From positions 1-62,654 of the forward strand of contig CALEGD010000005.1 in NCBI GenBank assembly GCA_937877075.1: a DNA stretch of 62,654 nucleotides. The letters are read 5' to 3'. The notes beneath the pieces are model-generated. The model made no database searches. It worked only from the letters and a program-made list of their open reading frames with translations, and was not told where the DNA came from. This DNA comes from an uncultured Acholeplasmatales bacterium. GTDB lineage: Bacteria; Bacillota_I; Bacilli_A; ML615J-28; CAG-698. Positions 28,151 through 37,692 of this stretch are shown here, piece by piece; the first letter of the stretch is position 1; each line of letters starts with the position of its first letter. The position numbers and the translations under genes were made by a program.

Positions 28151-28739
28151 ATCAAAATAAAAAGGAGAAGGTTTAGAGTCTAATAATGAAATATAATTAG
28201 ATTAACCGAATTAATTTTACGTAAACAAACTAAAAAGTAGGTTTTTTTGAGTAGAAATAAACATTTCTTATTAAAAACCTACTTTTTTATTTGAATTATT
28301 AGTTGTAAACGCACAAAAACTTGATTATAAAAACCATCACTTTTTAGATTTATTAAGATAACTAAAATAATTTTAAACTTTATTTTTTTCTTGCATTATT
28401 TTTTCAAGTTCATCTAGATTTATTATTGTTAATATTAAAGATAAAGTAAATCTAATGTAACGATGGTGTTATTAAGATTCATGGTATTTAGTATTTTTTG
28501 TGCTTCAGGTATTTCGTTTGTTTTTCCGGAATAGAAATAGAGAATAAGGATATCTCGTCTGATGCACTGTTCCCTTTGCTTTATGGATAAGTGCCCAATT
28601 AGGATAATCTTTCAGACCCATAGCAAACCTTCACAATACGTATACGATTTTTATAACAAAAAGTTAATAAGAGCAAAAAACTTTTTTCAATTTTTTAAAT
28701 AAATTTTATTCAGTTATTCTAGCTAAGATTCAATTCTAC

Positions 28740-28768
28740 TTGACTTAATAAAATAATAATGATATAAT
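28740..28768 (+). promoter_or_regulatory. promoter TTGACT-17-TATAAT of glycan operon A
   Basis: Hexamers at 28740-28745 and 28763-28768. Confidence 0.6.
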
Positions 28769-28770
28769 AC

Positions 28771-28784
28771 CATTAACGTTAATG
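28771..28784. promoter_or_regulatory. perfect 14-bp palindromic operator CATTAACGTTAATG (LacI-family type)
   Basis: Self-complementary with a central CG. It starts 3 nt after the -10 box. Near-copies lie at 38817-38830 and 54434-54447. Confidence 0.6.
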
Positions 28785-28981
28785 TTAGTTGGTTATATTA
28801 TAGTTTTTTATTTTTACGTTAAACAACTTTATCGATAAGGTGAAACGAATTCATATTTACGAAAGCGCTTTTATAATCTTTTTTCGTTTTATTTTATAAT
28901 TTTGAGTAATTAAATACTAGCAATATATTAGAAAGGAGTTAGAAAAATTAAATAGTTAATTTATTTAATTTATGATGAGAA

Positions 28982-31360
28982 ATGAATTATTCAATTAAAA
29001 AATTATTTGTTTTTCTTTTTTTAAGTTTTTTTGCAATAATACTCGTTGCGTGTAAAAATTCTGATGTTTTTTTTACAGTAACATTTGATGCAAATGGTGG
29101 AACATTAACCGGAGAAGCCACGGTGGAAGTAAAAAAAGATGCAAAATTAATTGCACCTGATGCTCCCACTAGAGATTTTTATGTATTTACTAAATGGTAC
29201 AAGGATCAAAACTGCACTTTAGAGTATGGTTTTGATAGTGTTGTTACTAAAGATTTTATTCTTTATGCAGGATGGAAAGACGAAGAATTAGAGATGGAAT
29301 CAGTTTCAACAATTGATGAATTTTTGAATATGGAGTTGGATGGAACCTATATTTTAAAGAACGATCTAGATTTAAAAGGTGAAAAGATTACACCAATAGG
29401 TTCATACAAACAAGCTTTCACAGGCGTTTTTGATGGTAATGGTTATTCAATCAAAAACTTTAGTTTTGAAGATGCGGAATATATGGCATTGTTTGCTGTT
29501 TTAGAAGGCACTTTAAAGAACTTAAATGTGGAAGGGATTACGGCTGCATCAAACGGAAGAACTGGAGCAACTTATCTTGGCGGTTTGGTTGCATATAATC
29601 GTGGCGGAACTATTTCTTCATGTTCGGCATCTGGAGATCTCAGTGCCGATTCGAAAAGTCTTTTATTAACAGTATATTTAGGTGGAATAGCCGGAAGAAA
29701 TGACGCGGGTATTATTGAGAACTGTTATGTTGATGTAAATTTAACAGGAAGTAATGATGCCAATGTTTATATCGGTGGAATAGCCGGATATAACGGTGGT
29801 GGAAAAAATTACGAAGGTAAAATTAGAAACTGCGTAGTCACTGGTGAAAAGTTTGAAGCTCTGGCAAGATTAAATACCGGATCCGCTTATGTTGGTGGTA
29901 TAACCGGTTATAATTTTGGTTATGTTGGCGGTAGTTATTCGATGGTTGAGTTACTAAAATCTGTAACTTGGGAATATTACAATTATGTTGCAGGTATTGT
30001 TGCTGATAATAATGGCGGTTTTATCGAAAACTGCTTCACAACTTCAAATATTACAGTTGAAACATATCACGGTAATACTTTCTTGGGGTCGGTAGTTGCA
30101 AGATTATTTATCGGTGGCGAAGTTTCTAATTCTTATGCTTTTGATGGTCAAGTTATAAATACTATCGTTACCGATGAGGCATATTGGGGACTCGGAAGAC
30201 ATTATCGTTATATTTCTCCGCTTGTTACCAAAGAAGAACTTGCGGATAGTTCTTGGTATCAAGACGTATTAAAATTAACCGAAACTTTTAGTTTTGTAGA
30301 CGGAAAGTATCCAAGTATTTTAGGTGAAGAAACTACAGTGGAATTAACTTGTCCGGAAGGAACTTATGGAAATCCGATAAAGATTAGATCTGTAGAAGAT
30401 TTCCAGAATATCGATGTTACTAAATCATATATTCTGGAAAATGACATAGATTTAACTGATGTTGATTTTGTACCGATTGGTAGTTATGAACATCCATTCT
30501 ATGGCCTTTTTGATGGAAACGGTTTTAAAATTTCCGGCCTTATGATATCTGAAGACAAGAATCTAGGTATGAATTCTTTATTCGGACATTTTAATGGAAT
30601 GATTAGAAACTTATCAGTTGAAACAGAAATTAACTATCAGTCTGAAACAGCATACCCTCAATATGTTTCTGGTCTAGCTGCTTTTGGAATTCAAGGAATC
30701 ATTGAAAAGTCCCATGCTGAGGTTCTGATTGATGTTGAAAATCCAGGAATTATTGGTGCCGGATTATTAGCATATGGCGATGATGTAAAAGTAATTGAAT
30801 CATCAACAACCGGAACAATCAATTTAAAATCCTTAAATGAATCCGCATATGCCGGTGGGTTGGTTGGTGTTACTGAAGCTGGATTAATTGAAAGCTCATA
30901 TTCTAAAGCGAATGTCACTATTTACGGAAATAATACCGTCAATGTCGGAGGTTTAATTGGAAAGAATACCGGTAATATTATTGATTGTTATTCAACGGGT
31001 AAAATAACCGGTAATGTTTCTGCTGATACAACAAGTTCACACATCTATATTGGTGGCTTGATAGCTAATAACGAAACCGGACTTGTGAAAAACAGTTATT
31101 CTAAATCAAAGATGATTGTAAGTTCAAAATACGCCGTTATCGTGAGAGGTGGTTTTGCCGGTTATAATAATGGAACCGTAGAAAATTGTTATTGGTATCA
31201 AGTTTATGAAGAGATGAATAGTTTTGGGCACTCAATTATACCAACCGATGTAACGCCTATAACTAATATATCAGATGCTGAGAATCTTTCAGAAAGATTA
31301 GGTAACGAAACCTGGAAAGATGTAAATGATAGCTTTCCGGTATTTCGTTGGCAAAACTAA
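28982..31360 (+). CDS. surface lipoprotein with a Listeria-Bacteroides repeat followed by two GLUG-motif repeat regions
   Basis: Lipobox LVAC (Cys24). TVTFDANGGT...F.KWYKD...Y.F...V..DF.LYAGW repeat. Recurrent GG(L/I)(V/A)G.N.G.I..C(Y/F) GLUG units. The two halves each begin (I/V)..F.N.......YIL.ND(L/I)DL......PIGSY...F.G.FDGNG(Y/F).I. Confidence 0.7.
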   Translation: MNYSIKKLFVFLFLSFFAIILVACKNSDVFFTVTFDANGGTLTGEATVEVKKDAKLIAPDAPTRDFYVFTKWYKDQNCTLEYGFDSVVTKDFILYAGWKDEELEMESVSTIDEFLNMELDGTYILKNDLDLKGEKITPIGSYKQAFTGVFDGNGYSIKNFSFEDAEYMALFAVLEGTLKNLNVEGITAASNGRTGATYLGGLVAYNRGGTISSCSASGDLSADSKSLLLTVYLGGIAGRNDAGIIENCYVDVNLTGSNDANVYIGGIAGYNGGGKNYEGKIRNCVVTGEKFEALARLNTGSAYVGGITGYNFGYVGGSYSMVELLKSVTWEYYNYVAGIVADNNGGFIENCFTTSNITVETYHGNTFLGSVVARLFIGGEVSNSYAFDGQVINTIVTDEAYWGLGRHYRYISPLVTKEELADSSWYQDVLKLTETFSFVDGKYPSILGEETTVELTCPEGTYGNPIKIRSVEDFQNIDVTKSYILENDIDLTDVDFVPIGSYEHPFYGLFDGNGFKISGLMISEDKNLGMNSLFGHFNGMIRNLSVETEINYQSETAYPQYVSGLAAFGIQGIIEKSHAEVLIDVENPGIIGAGLLAYGDDVKVIESSTTGTINLKSLNESAYAGGLVGVTEAGLIESSYSKANVTIYGNNTVNVGGLIGKNTGNIIDCYSTGKITGNVSADTTSSHIYIGGLIANNETGLVKNSYSKSKMIVSSKYAVIVRGGFAGYNNGTVENCYWYQVYEEMNSFGHSIIPTDVTPITNISDAENLSERLGNETWKDVNDSFPVFRWQN

Positions 31361-31371
31361 AGGAGGATAGA

Positions 31372-34260
31372 ATGAACAGATTTAAAAACTTATCCCTTTT
31401 TACATTATCGTTAATATTAGGATTGTTTATGCTAACAAATTTAAAGAATTTTGATGTTCAAGCAGAAGATTCCTCTCAATTTTCAGTAGTTGCAACATCT
31501 GAAAAAGAAGGTTATGAGGCCGCAAAGGCAATCGATAAAGATCTTAATACATTTTGGGAAGCAGCAGACTTAGACCCACAATCACTAACGATTGATTTAC
31601 AAAAAGTTTTCCAAGTTACTACAGTTTCTCAAACCTTTAATGTTGAAGATGTTTGGTCTTTTAAAATAGATGCATCTTTGGACGGTGAAGCTTGGGTTCA
31701 ATTAGCTGATTATTCTTTTGGTCAAAGAGGACTAGTTTTTGCCGATGACGTAAATGGATTTTATCAATATATCAAGTTAACCGTGTTTTCTTCGAGAAAA
31801 GGTTATCTTGCAACAAGTAGGGATTTTAGTGTTACGACCATGGAAATGAATGAAGGAACAAATATTGCTTTAGGAATGAAGGGCAATTCGGGAAGTTGGT
31901 CTCCTGGTTGGGAACATGAAAGAGCTTTTGACGGTGATTTAGGTACTGCATATTGTGCGAATGATGGTAGTTTCCCTCAATGGTGTGGTGTTGAATGGGA
32001 ATATATGGTTTATGTTGATACCTTAGAAATATATGTAAAAGATTATGGGACAACAAATTTTGAGATCGAAATTCTTTTAGAGAATGGATCCTGGGTTAAA
32101 TTAGTTGAAGCCGCTGATTTTGTTGGTACGCATTTTAAATTTGATGTAAAACAAGAAGTAAAAGCAGTTATCTACCGAGTATTTTATGGTCCTGGTTGGG
32201 CTAATCTGGTTGAAATGATTGTCAATGGGTTTAGAGATTTTAATCTGGTGAAACCTGGAGAAGATATTCAAGAATATGATTTTGAATATTTATCATATTT
32301 GGATAGATTAGCAATAGTTAATACTGTCGGTGATTTTAAAATTGAAGCTTCTCGTGACGGAGAAAATTGGGAAGAAATAGCTAATGAAGACACTGAATTA
32401 ACTGATGGTTATCTTCTTGTAGAAGATTATTATCAATATCTTCGTTATAATGAAAATGGCGAATATAAAAAAGATAATTTGAAGATTTTCGGAACTCAAC
32501 TAATTCGTGATTTAGCACAAGGTTTGCAAGGAAAAGTTTCTGATTATTCAGACGAAAACTTCAATGCTGAAAAAGCGACCACTAATCCTGAACATGTAGA
32601 TGGAAGGAACCAATTTTGGTGTGCCTCAACATATGGCGGCGAGCATTGGTTAATGATTGATTTAGGTAATCCATCCGTTATAAAAAAGGTTAGACAAAAA
32701 TTCCAAGATACGGGAAGTTATAAATTTAAAATTCTTGCCTCGCTCGATGGTGAAACTTGGATTACTCTTAGGGATGAATATGATGGAGCTGTGGAGGGAC
32801 AAGTTTTTGATGCATATCCGGAAGAAGATAATAATTTATTTAGATATATTGCTTTATATGAGAAGGATGTATCTTGGGCAAACAGTAATCAATTTCAAGT
32901 TTTTGGGGTTGGTTCACCGGTTCAAGAAGAATGGTGGCAATCAGAATCAGGGGTTATTCGTTATTATTTAAAACAACAAGCTGTAACTATCAATCAAATT
33001 ACTGATTTATTACCTTATTTTCAGGAATCAGGATATAAAGTTCTTGAACTTCATCAACCATATGAAGGTCTTGCTGATATTTGGGGAGGACTTGGCTCGA
33101 CTAATAATTACCAAATTGACCCTATTGTTGGTACACATGATGATTTAAAAATCTTAATAGATGAAGCTCATAAAGCAGGCATTTATGTATTCATGTTTGG
33201 AAATGTTGGTTATGCTCGTTCTACGGCTGCATTTTTCGAAAAAGCTTGTCGTGATTATGCTTTAGGAATTGAATCCGCAGAACGTGATTGGTTCTTATTC
33301 AGTAAAACTTGTCCTGACCCCACAAAATGGTTCTGGAGTGATACTGCTAATGCCTTTTACTACGGATTTTGGGGTGAAAACGGGCAAATACCTACATATA
33401 ATTTTGATAATGAAGCTTGGCGTCAAGAAACAACTAAATATGTAACATATTGGGCTAATTTCGGCTTTGACGGAATAGCGCTTGATGCCCCTCCGGTATA
33501 TTACTGGGGCAGTGCTGATCCGGTCAGTACATCTTATAGATATATTACTAATCCATTGGCTGCTATGAATGTTATGACGATTCCGGAAGGCACATCAGAT
33601 GCTAACTTTATTTATCAATATAATTATGATGTGGTTCAAAACTATAATTTAAGTTCTTGGGGCGCTGGCGGTTGGACTTTAGCCTTAGAAAAGGCAATGG
33701 CTCATAATGCTGAAGCTATTGATGAATATGTGCGTTTAAGAGACAATGCTGTTCAATTCTATGGTGTTTCCTTTGCGACTTTAACTTTTGAACAAATGTA
33801 TGAAAATGTAACATCTGAAGAAAAGTTAATGGAAGCTGCCCTACTTGTAACAACAGGACATATGGCATTCTTACATTCTGGTTCATCAGCAATGATAGGT
33901 CAAGATATTTTGCTTGATTGGCCGAAGGAAGTTCAAGAAAAAGTCGCTTCTTTGTATGCATTACAAAATAGTTTTGCTGGATTAAATGCTAACGGAGCGA
34001 GAAATAAATTATATACAAATAATGATGATTTATTTTATGCTTCCTTTAAAACGAATATGTCCGGAAGTTTAAAGAATATCAGTTTATTTAATTTTTCAGA
34101 TAAAACTGAAACTGTTACCGTTGATGTTTCAAATATTGGTACGACCAGTTTAGAAGTTGTAAACCTCTTAACAGGTGAAGTTGAAGAGGTAATGACCGAA
34201 AACGGGAAATTGATTGTAGAAATGGAATCACTTTCTTATAAAATATATAGGGTTAAATAG
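31372..34260 (+). CDS. secreted protein: four F5/8-type-C (discoidin/CBM32-like) domains plus a divergent alpha-amylase-superfamily (GH13-like) TIM barrel
   Basis: ATG at 31372 follows AAAGGAGGA. Signal peptide ends FDVQA. Discoidin-type patterns (A.KAID.D..T.W.A, F.I..S.DG..W). Catalytic part has Y.IDP..GTHDDLK.LIDEAHKAGIYV, NFGFDGIALDAPP and MTIPEG. Confidence 0.65.
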   Translation: MNRFKNLSLFTLSLILGLFMLTNLKNFDVQAEDSSQFSVVATSEKEGYEAAKAIDKDLNTFWEAADLDPQSLTIDLQKVFQVTTVSQTFNVEDVWSFKIDASLDGEAWVQLADYSFGQRGLVFADDVNGFYQYIKLTVFSSRKGYLATSRDFSVTTMEMNEGTNIALGMKGNSGSWSPGWEHERAFDGDLGTAYCANDGSFPQWCGVEWEYMVYVDTLEIYVKDYGTTNFEIEILLENGSWVKLVEAADFVGTHFKFDVKQEVKAVIYRVFYGPGWANLVEMIVNGFRDFNLVKPGEDIQEYDFEYLSYLDRLAIVNTVGDFKIEASRDGENWEEIANEDTELTDGYLLVEDYYQYLRYNENGEYKKDNLKIFGTQLIRDLAQGLQGKVSDYSDENFNAEKATTNPEHVDGRNQFWCASTYGGEHWLMIDLGNPSVIKKVRQKFQDTGSYKFKILASLDGETWITLRDEYDGAVEGQVFDAYPEEDNNLFRYIALYEKDVSWANSNQFQVFGVGSPVQEEWWQSESGVIRYYLKQQAVTINQITDLLPYFQESGYKVLELHQPYEGLADIWGGLGSTNNYQIDPIVGTHDDLKILIDEAHKAGIYVFMFGNVGYARSTAAFFEKACRDYALGIESAERDWFLFSKTCPDPTKWFWSDTANAFYYGFWGENGQIPTYNFDNEAWRQETTKYVTYWANFGFDGIALDAPPVYYWGSADPVSTSYRYITNPLAAMNVMTIPEGTSDANFIYQYNYDVVQNYNLSSWGAGGWTLALEKAMAHNAEAIDEYVRLRDNAVQFYGVSFATLTFEQMYENVTSEEKLMEAALLVTTGHMAFLHSGSSAMIGQDILLDWPKEVQEKVASLYALQNSFAGLNANGARNKLYTNNDDLFYASFKTNMSGSLKNISLFNFSDKTETVTVDVSNIGTTSLEVVNLLTGEVEEVMTENGKLIVEMESLSYKIYRVK

Positions 34261-34269
34261 GTGAAGTAT

Positions 34270-37200
34270 ATGAGAAAATTTTTATTAGCATTCTTGATAA
34301 TATTATTTGGTATGTTTTTTACAGCTTGTAAACCAGAAAATACTAACCCTAATGGTAATGGTAATAACAATACTGATCCAGATCCTGATGAAGATCCGAA
34401 TCCTATTGTAACTCCAATAGTGGATCCTAAAGAAGATTCGAGAACTATGGTGTTAAAATCAACTAATGATGTGAATACGGCAATTTCTATCTGGAGAGCC
34501 TCTTACACTGAAGTAGGAATAAAATTCGTTATTTCAGTTTTGGATGACAATATCTTTACCGATAACATTTATGATATTGGCTTTGATGATAATGTCGAGT
34601 TTTTGATTAACAAGAAAACAAATTCTAATGGTTGGGACACTAATTACACATATCACTTTTTAATTAATCCTTCTGGTAAGGTATATTTTCAAAAAGCTAA
34701 TTCTTCAAATAGTTTGGGTGGAAGTTTTGATGTCACTCTAGGCGTTTCATATGGCGAAAATATGGAATACTATGTGAGATATACCACCTTGGAAGAAGAT
34801 GGCTTTGATGGATACGAAGCTACTGTCGAAATTGGCTATGAAATATTAAACGTAACCGAAGAAGAAGGCTTTGGCAATTTAGCAGTTTGTCCAGCAATGA
34901 GAAATTCCTTTGATTTGAAGAAGACCACATGGTCTCCGTATAATTCACATGGATGTGATTGGAGTGTTGCTTCTAGTTTTATCTTAGTAAATCAAGATGG
35001 AACCTTTGATTATAGTCCTTTAAATAACGTTGAAGTACTTTATGTTGGTGATACATCTATGGCTAGAAATAACTGGCTTACTTTTGCCAGTGATACAATG
35101 AATCAAGATGCTATCAATGTTTCAACAAGCACCTTAACTATTGAGGGTCTATTAGAAAACATCACTAATATTACAAGTTTCAATCCGAAAAAAATAATGC
35201 TTTATGTTGGTTCCAATGAAATTAATTCCGGTACTGATGGAAATACTGTCGGAACTAAAATAATTGAATTACTAGAAACTCTTCATGAATTACTTCCTGA
35301 AACTAGAATCTATGAGACGCTTATCGCACCTAATGAAAGATTCTTTAATAATTTTGATGAAGCTCAAATCGCTAATAGTTTAATCAACGAATATGCGGAG
35401 AAGAATGATTTCTTAGAAACAATTGATTTAAACAATTATCTATTAGATAATGATAATGAATGTATTATCGGATATTTCATAGATGGAGTTCATTTTAACC
35501 AAATTGCTTATAATTTATGGACCTATTTAATGCGGGATAAATTAGGTGAAAGTCAAGTTGATTTAGGTGATATTCTAGGGGATAGTGAGTACTTCCGTTC
35601 ATCAAAAGCTTATCAATTAATAACTGATGCCAATGGAGATGAATGCATTGAAAGTATTGGCGATTATGATCAATATACCTACTTTGCGAATAAAGCAACT
35701 AATGCCTTTACCTCATCTATCAGTTTGACGGCTATTGAAGTATTTAATAATGATCAATATCCTAAATTTGGGTTGATTATTTCTAATCATGACACCACAT
35801 TGTTCTTCTATATTGACGGAAGCAATCAATTATCAACCCAAAGAGTAGGTTATGTTTATTTTACAAATAACCGCAATTGGGATTGGGCTAACAGTAAAGA
35901 AGTATATTCTGATATTAATTACAGTAATGGTGAATATACAAAACTAACGGCTATTAGAAATGGAGCTAAGATATCATTACTGGTGAATAATGAAGAAGCA
36001 TTTGTAATTAACGATAGTCATTTTGGTCTGGATAATACAAATGCTGGAGTATTAAGTTTCAATTCTCACTTACTATTAAAAGATCCATTCTATGAAGAAG
36101 ATGTTTTAGATGATGACGGCAATGATAAGGGTTGGTTAATTTCCGCGACTTCCGAAAAAACAGCTAATCCTGTTTCTAATGCGATTGATGGTAATCTAAA
36201 TACAGCTTGGATTGCTGATGACCTTAATACTCAAGTAGTAACTTTAGATATGTTAGAAGTTTATCCTGTTACTAAGGTTACCCAACAATTTGCAGTCAGT
36301 GATATATGGCGTTTTAAGATTGAAATGTCTTTAGACGGAACTAATTGGGCAGTTATTTCTGATAAAATGACAGGCGTAGATACTGAAAAATATGAGGTTC
36401 TTGTTACTGGTTATTATAGATACCTTAGATTAACAGTTGAAGGAAGTGAAGACCTTAATCCTGCATCAAGTGTCGAACTGACGGTTGAAAGAGGGGAGCT
36501 GCATAAAGGCACCAATATCGCCAGAGGTCTTAAAGGTAGTGCACAAGATTGGTCGGGAGGATATGAAACTGAATTGGCATTGGATGGAGATTTCAATACC
36601 GCCTGGACTGCTTATGATGGTAACTTTCCGAAATACTGGGCTGTTGAATGGAATTATACGGTTTATATCAATACGCTTGAAATATTCCTAATCAATGAAG
36701 GAGTCTGGAACTTTGAAATCGAAGTCAGATTAGAAGACGGTTCATGGGTTAAACCTTTAGAAGCAAGAGATTATGAAGGAAATCACTTTGTATTACCTTT
36801 AAATATCGAATGTAATGCCGTCTTGTATCGAGTTTTTAGTGGACCGGGATGGGCACATATTGTTGAAATGAATGTTTTTGGATTTAAAGATCAAACATAT
36901 TATGCTGATCAACAAAATAAGGATAATTATCGTGTTTATGATTTAGAGTATCCAACCTATGTTGATAAGATAGCTTTAAAAGATGATGAAATCAGCAACT
37001 TCCTTATTGAGGGTTCATTAGATGGAGTTACTTGGGAAGCAATTAATCCTTCTAAATTAGCTTATATTGAAGTTGGAAAATGTTATCGCTATATTCGTTA
37101 TAACGAAAACGGGCTAGCAAGTGATAATTTAAAAATCTTTGGTACTTCTTTAGTAAATGATTTAGTTATGTATCGTTTAGGCGTAGCATCTGATTCATCG

Positions 37201-37587
37201 GCTGATCCTAATTTTAGTCCTAAATATGTAACAACCAATCCGGAAAACATTCTTTATAACACATATTTTTGGTGCGCATCCTCGTTTGGAGGAGAGCATT
37301 GGTTAGAGTTTGATTTAGGCAGGCCGAGTGTAATCTATAAAGTTGTTCAAAAGTTCCAAGATCCTGATCGTGAATACAAATTTAAAATTGTAGGATCTAT
37401 TGATGGAGAAGAATGGGTAACATTGCGAAATAATTATGATGTGCCAGCTTTCGGCCAAGCGTTTGAAGCAATTCCAGCAGAAGGGAATAATGTCTTCCGT
37501 TATATTAAATTGCTTATTATTGATCTTGAATGGGCAAATAGTAATCAATTCCAAGTATTTGGTATTGGTTCCCCGACGCAAGAATAA
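34270..37587 (+). CDS. multidomain lipoprotein: CBM9-like, SGNH/GDSL esterase, beta-jelly-roll module, four F5/8-type-C domains
   Basis: Lipobox FTAC followed by an N/D/P-rich linker. DDNVEFLIN (CBM9-like). VLYVGDTSM ... MLYVGSNEI ... DGVHFN (SGNH blocks I, III, V). NNDQYPKFGLI module. C-terminal ~490 aa are collinear with the N-terminus of the preceding protein. Confidence 0.65.
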   Translation: MRKFLLAFLIILFGMFFTACKPENTNPNGNGNNNTDPDPDEDPNPIVTPIVDPKEDSRTMVLKSTNDVNTAISIWRASYTEVGIKFVISVLDDNIFTDNIYDIGFDDNVEFLINKKTNSNGWDTNYTYHFLINPSGKVYFQKANSSNSLGGSFDVTLGVSYGENMEYYVRYTTLEEDGFDGYEATVEIGYEILNVTEEEGFGNLAVCPAMRNSFDLKKTTWSPYNSHGCDWSVASSFILVNQDGTFDYSPLNNVEVLYVGDTSMARNNWLTFASDTMNQDAINVSTSTLTIEGLLENITNITSFNPKKIMLYVGSNEINSGTDGNTVGTKIIELLETLHELLPETRIYETLIAPNERFFNNFDEAQIANSLINEYAEKNDFLETIDLNNYLLDNDNECIIGYFIDGVHFNQIAYNLWTYLMRDKLGESQVDLGDILGDSEYFRSSKAYQLITDANGDECIESIGDYDQYTYFANKATNAFTSSISLTAIEVFNNDQYPKFGLIISNHDTTLFFYIDGSNQLSTQRVGYVYFTNNRNWDWANSKEVYSDINYSNGEYTKLTAIRNGAKISLLVNNEEAFVINDSHFGLDNTNAGVLSFNSHLLLKDPFYEEDVLDDDGNDKGWLISATSEKTANPVSNAIDGNLNTAWIADDLNTQVVTLDMLEVYPVTKVTQQFAVSDIWRFKIEMSLDGTNWAVISDKMTGVDTEKYEVLVTGYYRYLRLTVEGSEDLNPASSVELTVERGELHKGTNIARGLKGSAQDWSGGYETELALDGDFNTAWTAYDGNFPKYWAVEWNYTVYINTLEIFLINEGVWNFEIEVRLEDGSWVKPLEARDYEGNHFVLPLNIECNAVLYRVFSGPGWAHIVEMNVFGFKDQTYYADQQNKDNYRVYDLEYPTYVDKIALKDDEISNFLIEGSLDGVTWEAINPSKLAYIEVGKCYRYIRYNENGLASDNLKIFGTSLVNDLVMYRLGVASDSSADPNFSPKYVTTNPENILYNTYFWCASSFGGEHWLEFDLGRPSVIYKVVQKFQDPDREYKFKIVGSIDGEEWVTLRNNYDVPAFGQAFEAIPAEGNNVFRYIKLLIIDLEWANSNQFQVFGIGSPTQE

Positions 37588-37598
37588 GTTTAAGAATA

Positions 37599-37637
37599 AC
37601 CGAAATGAACAAAATATTCATATCGGTTTTTCTTTTA
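37599..37637 (+). terminator. rho-independent terminator ending operon A
   Basis: ACCGAAATGAA-caaaatat-TCATATCGGT followed by TTTTTCTTTT. Confidence 0.65.
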
Positions 37638-37692
37638 GGGTTGTATATCGATGGTTATTGAAAATCCTTAATTTTATATAAAATCTTTATTT

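Noticed and set aside
28480-28640. A possible minus-strand transposase N-terminal remnant (MGLKDYPNWALIHKAKGTVHQTRYPYSLFLF...) in the 0.8-kb gap before operon A, near a long-loop hairpin at 28232-28288.
   Set aside because: Only ~35 codons are readable before stops, and the resemblance to IS4/IS1634-like transposase N-termini is from memory and weak. It is not reported as a feature.
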